Under the pieces are notes generated by a model that ran no database searches, was not told the DNA's origin, and saw only the letters and a program-made list of their open reading frames with translations. The translations under genes were made by a program, and so were the position numbers. Of a stretch of 18,906 nt of DNA, positions 16,607 to 18,906 are shown in pieces. The DNA lies in contig JAYTHY010000137.1 in assembly GCA_043732185.1 (NCBI GenBank), positions 1-18,906 of the forward strand, in the 5' to 3' direction. Source of the DNA: Fibrobacteria bacterium. Lineage in GTDB: Bacteria > Fibrobacterota > Fibrobacteria > UBA11236. The number at the start of each line of letters is the position of its first letter. Within the stretch, counting starts at the first letter, position 1.

Positions 16607-18087
16607 CGTTTGTTTCCCCTCGATAAAGTGACCTTTGCAGCATCACTGGACAGGGTATTCAAGGTAGCAAATATCCTTTCCCGGCACTCCACTTGTGCAT
16701 GTTCCAGAGCAGCCTGACCCTCTAGAATGAATTTCCGACATGCCACTGCCATTTCTGGACCCGGTTTAGACCCATTGCAAATCTGGGTTACATCGGAAAC
16801 CACCGCCGCAATGCCGAGACTTAAAAGGCTTTCTGCCAGTCCCTCCTGATGTCCATAATAGCGGCCGATATAGATTTTAAGGCCCGCCATGAGAGGTTCC
16901 CAAAGATTGTGGCATCCGATAGGGATAAGGCTTCCACCCACAAAAGCCATATGACAACGGGGTAAAAGGGATGCGACATGACCCAAGGAATCAACCAGCA
17001 GATTACGGGCCTGAGGTCGGGAACTGTGCAGGCCAAATTCCATCGTATTCCAAAAAGGGTCTAGCAAGCGACGCATGCGCGGCAATTCTTTGAGATGACG
17101 CGGAATAATAATCACGTCGTTGGCAGTAAATAGTAAAGGAAACTGGGCTGCTAGAAGACGCAGTTCCGCATAGTGAATGGAAACGAATGCCAAACGGCAT
17201 CGGCCAGTAGTGGATTTCGAAATGAAAAAATCATCCTTGGTCCTAGGCAAATTGGCCTTCAAGTAAAACGCAGCTTTAAAATCATACCCGATGGCAACGT
17301 TGATTCCGCCTAAACTTTGAAAGCGCAAGCGATCGTTTTCGGATTGGGTTTGAATCCAGTTCAGACTGCCTAGAATCCTAGCGCATGCATTGGGAAACCG
17401 GTGATACAGGGAATAGGCGGACTGCGACATGCGGGTAGAAACGAGGAGAATGGGATTACCCAATGTGGCACTCACCAATACACTATTGGGCCACACTTCC
17501 GCTTCATAAAGGACCACGGCACGGACATGCCAGGCGTGGAAGAAGGCGCGTAGCACGGAAGGATGATCCAGGGGAGCGATGGCAACAAAGATCTTGGGTA
17601 TCAGTGTGCCGTTCAACGCATTAAAATCCGCACTCGCGTGTTCCAAAAAATCACGGCCCGTGGCCGTATTGGCTGTTAATAGGAGACGAAATGTAGTGGG
17701 ACCCGACAGAACGCTATTCCCACCTTGAACCGCTCCCTCTTGAAGGAGATCGCAAACAAGTGCCCATAATCCTTTGGCCTCCCCTAGCGATGCGCAATGC
17801 AGCCATAACGTATTTTTTCCACTATTTTCAAATGCTGTTTCAAAGGCCATTTCATTTGCTGTTGCATATACTGTTTCAAAGGCTGATTGATGGGTTGGAT
17901 TCGCCCTTGGACCACCAGGCATTAAACGTTCCTGCAAATGCCAATGACTTGGAAGAAAACCGCGCCTTAAACCTCTCTTGAATAGACCATCCAACTTAAC
18001 GAACGCCACCAGAAAGGGCAGCGCAATATTCCACGCCAAGGTATAGGCTTTCAGAAAAAGACTTGCACCCGAAAACATTTTTACCAT
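16603..18087 (-). CDS. waaA: 3-deoxy-D-manno-octulosonate (Kdo) transferase, divergent with insertions
   Basis: WLHCASLGE, APLD, EAEVWPN, IIPRH, DSLG, AFVGGSL..GCHNLWEP; N-terminal membrane anchor. Start may be ATG 18078. Confidence 0.85.
   Translation of the reverse strand: MVKMFSGASLFLKAYTLAWNIALPFLVAFVKLDGLFKRGLRRGFLPSHWHLQERLMPGGPRANPTHQSAFETVYATANEMAFETAFENSGKNTLWLHCASLGEAKGLWALVCDLLQEGAVQGGNSVLSGPTTFRLLLTANTATGRDFLEHASADFNALNGTLIPKIFVAIAPLDHPSVLRAFFHAWHVRAVVLYEAEVWPNSVLVSATLGNPILLVSTRMSQSAYSLYHRFPNACARILGSLNWIQTQSENDRLRFQSLGGINVAIGYDFKAAFYLKANLPRTKDDFFISKSTTGRCRLAFVSIHYAELRLLAAQFPLLFTANDVIIIPRHLKELPRMRRLLDPFWNTMEFGLHSSRPQARNLLVDSLGHVASLLPRCHMAFVGGSLIPIGCHNLWEPLMAGLKIYIGRYYGHQEGLAESLLSLGIAAVVSDVTQICNGSKPGPEMAVACRKFILEGQAALEHAQVECRERIFATLNTLSSDAAKVTLSRGNKR
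17825..17884. repeat. Five degenerate 12-bp tandem units inside waaA (AFET VYAT ANEM AFET AFEN)
   Basis: ttttcaaatgct / gtttcaaaggcc / atttcatttgct / gttgcatatact / gtttcaaaggct. Confidence 0.7.
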
Positions 18088-18698
18088 GAATGGCTATTGG
18101 CCAATGCCCAAAGCAGAACTGCCGCAGCTGCAGTTTTGACGACGTTAGGTCCTTGTCGCCGCCATACGCCGGGAATGGGTATTCCGCTTCCTTCCGCAAC
18201 TTCGTGTCTGGGCAAAGTTTTGGGAATCCCTATCCACCTGGATGTTTTCATCAGGTAACTTTGGTAGGACGGGCCCCAGGTTTTGGTCATAAAACGCTCT
18301 TCGGTAGTCGCCAGCCCTGCATGATGGGCAGCAAGGAAAATGATCATAAAGCCCGCAGCCCAAACCGGAAGGCAATTGGAATAGAGAACCAGTCCTGTGC
18401 CTGCCAGAATATTGGCAAGGTATAACGGATGGCGTCCGATACGATAAGGCCCGGCTACTGCGAGAGAGTTGCCTGCCAAACGAAGCGAGTTGCTATGGCT
18501 ATCGATGTATCGTCCCGCATACACGCGCCACAAGGACCCGGCGAGTGAAAGCAATAACCATAGGGGTAAAAGCTCCCGATCGGAATGCCAGCGCATCCAC
18601 GCAAGGATAAGCAGGAATCCCGCAAGAATCCAACCTCTCCAGGTATACTGAGCGCCGCGCAGCAAGCCACCGACAACGGATATCCCTGGAGAGGTCAA
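18081..18698 (-). CDS. ICMT/PEMT-family integral membrane methyltransferase
   Basis: Several hydrophobic helices; LAVAGPYRIGRHPLYLAN, EERFM...WGPSYQSY. TTGA overlap with the upstream stop; 3' end overlaps or abuts the waaA start. Confidence 0.85.
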   Translation of the reverse strand: MTSPGISVVGGLLRGAQYTWRGWILAGFLLILAWMRWHSDRELLPLWLLLSLAGSLWRVYAGRYIDSHSNSLRLAGNSLAVAGPYRIGRHPLYLANILAGTGLVLYSNCLPVWAAGFMIIFLAAHHAGLATTEERFMTKTWGPSYQSYLMKTSRWIGIPKTLPRHEVAEGSGIPIPGVWRRQGPNVVKTAAAAVLLWALANSHSW

Positions 18699-18906
18699 AT
18701 CCGTTTTTCCTTTTCAACCACTTGCAGTGGTGTTTCCTGTAATAGCACCTTGGTTTCCGTATCCATGCGGAGGATGTGGGTACAGAATTCCGTTATAAAG
18801 GGTTCATGGGAAACGATGGCGGCACCTCTGCTTCCGGGTACGGATTTTGGCCGTGTGGTACCCACCGGAAACGTTCGCCAGAAGGACAGCAAATCGCCCA
18901 GTATGG
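18695..18906 (-). CDS. C-terminal end of a probable ABC transporter ATP-binding protein (runs off the window)
   Basis: Frame open to the window edge. AAIVSHE...FCTHILRM resembles the ABC H-loop and following strand. Walker motifs are not visible. Confidence 0.55.
   Translation of the reverse strand, partial: ILGDLLSFWRTFPVGTTRPKSVPGSRGAAIVSHEPFITEFCTHILRMDTETKVLLQETPLQVVEKEKRI

Overview
Bacterial chromosomal window (genetic code 11, moderate GC), mostly housekeeping genes with a small accessory block. Left, minus strand: a tightly coupled metX-metW fusion -> IscS/NifS-type cysteine desulfurase -> putA, where putA breaks off after about 200 codons at a sharp junction near base 88. Divergent plus-strand run: mutM, a small Cys/His hypothetical, a DUF374 acyltransferase-fold protein, a DEDDh exonuclease, and a 1773-aa exported TPR protein with four 279-aa (837-bp) modules. 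Accessory block 12035-14107 (minus): a secreted, strongly diverged GH11-like protein that keeps both catalytic Glu but lacks the thumb loop, a 5'-truncated beta-barrel-like ORF, and a small FlgM-like protein behind a sigma28-like promoter. Right, minus strand: ABC ATPase (partial) -> ICMT/PEMT-family methyltransferase -> waaA -> ispH -> GT-B glycosyltransferase -> rpmB. No rRNA, tRNA, CRISPR array or transposase was seen. Gene style loosely suggests Fibrobacterota (inference only). All calls are from motif recognition by eye, with no database searches.
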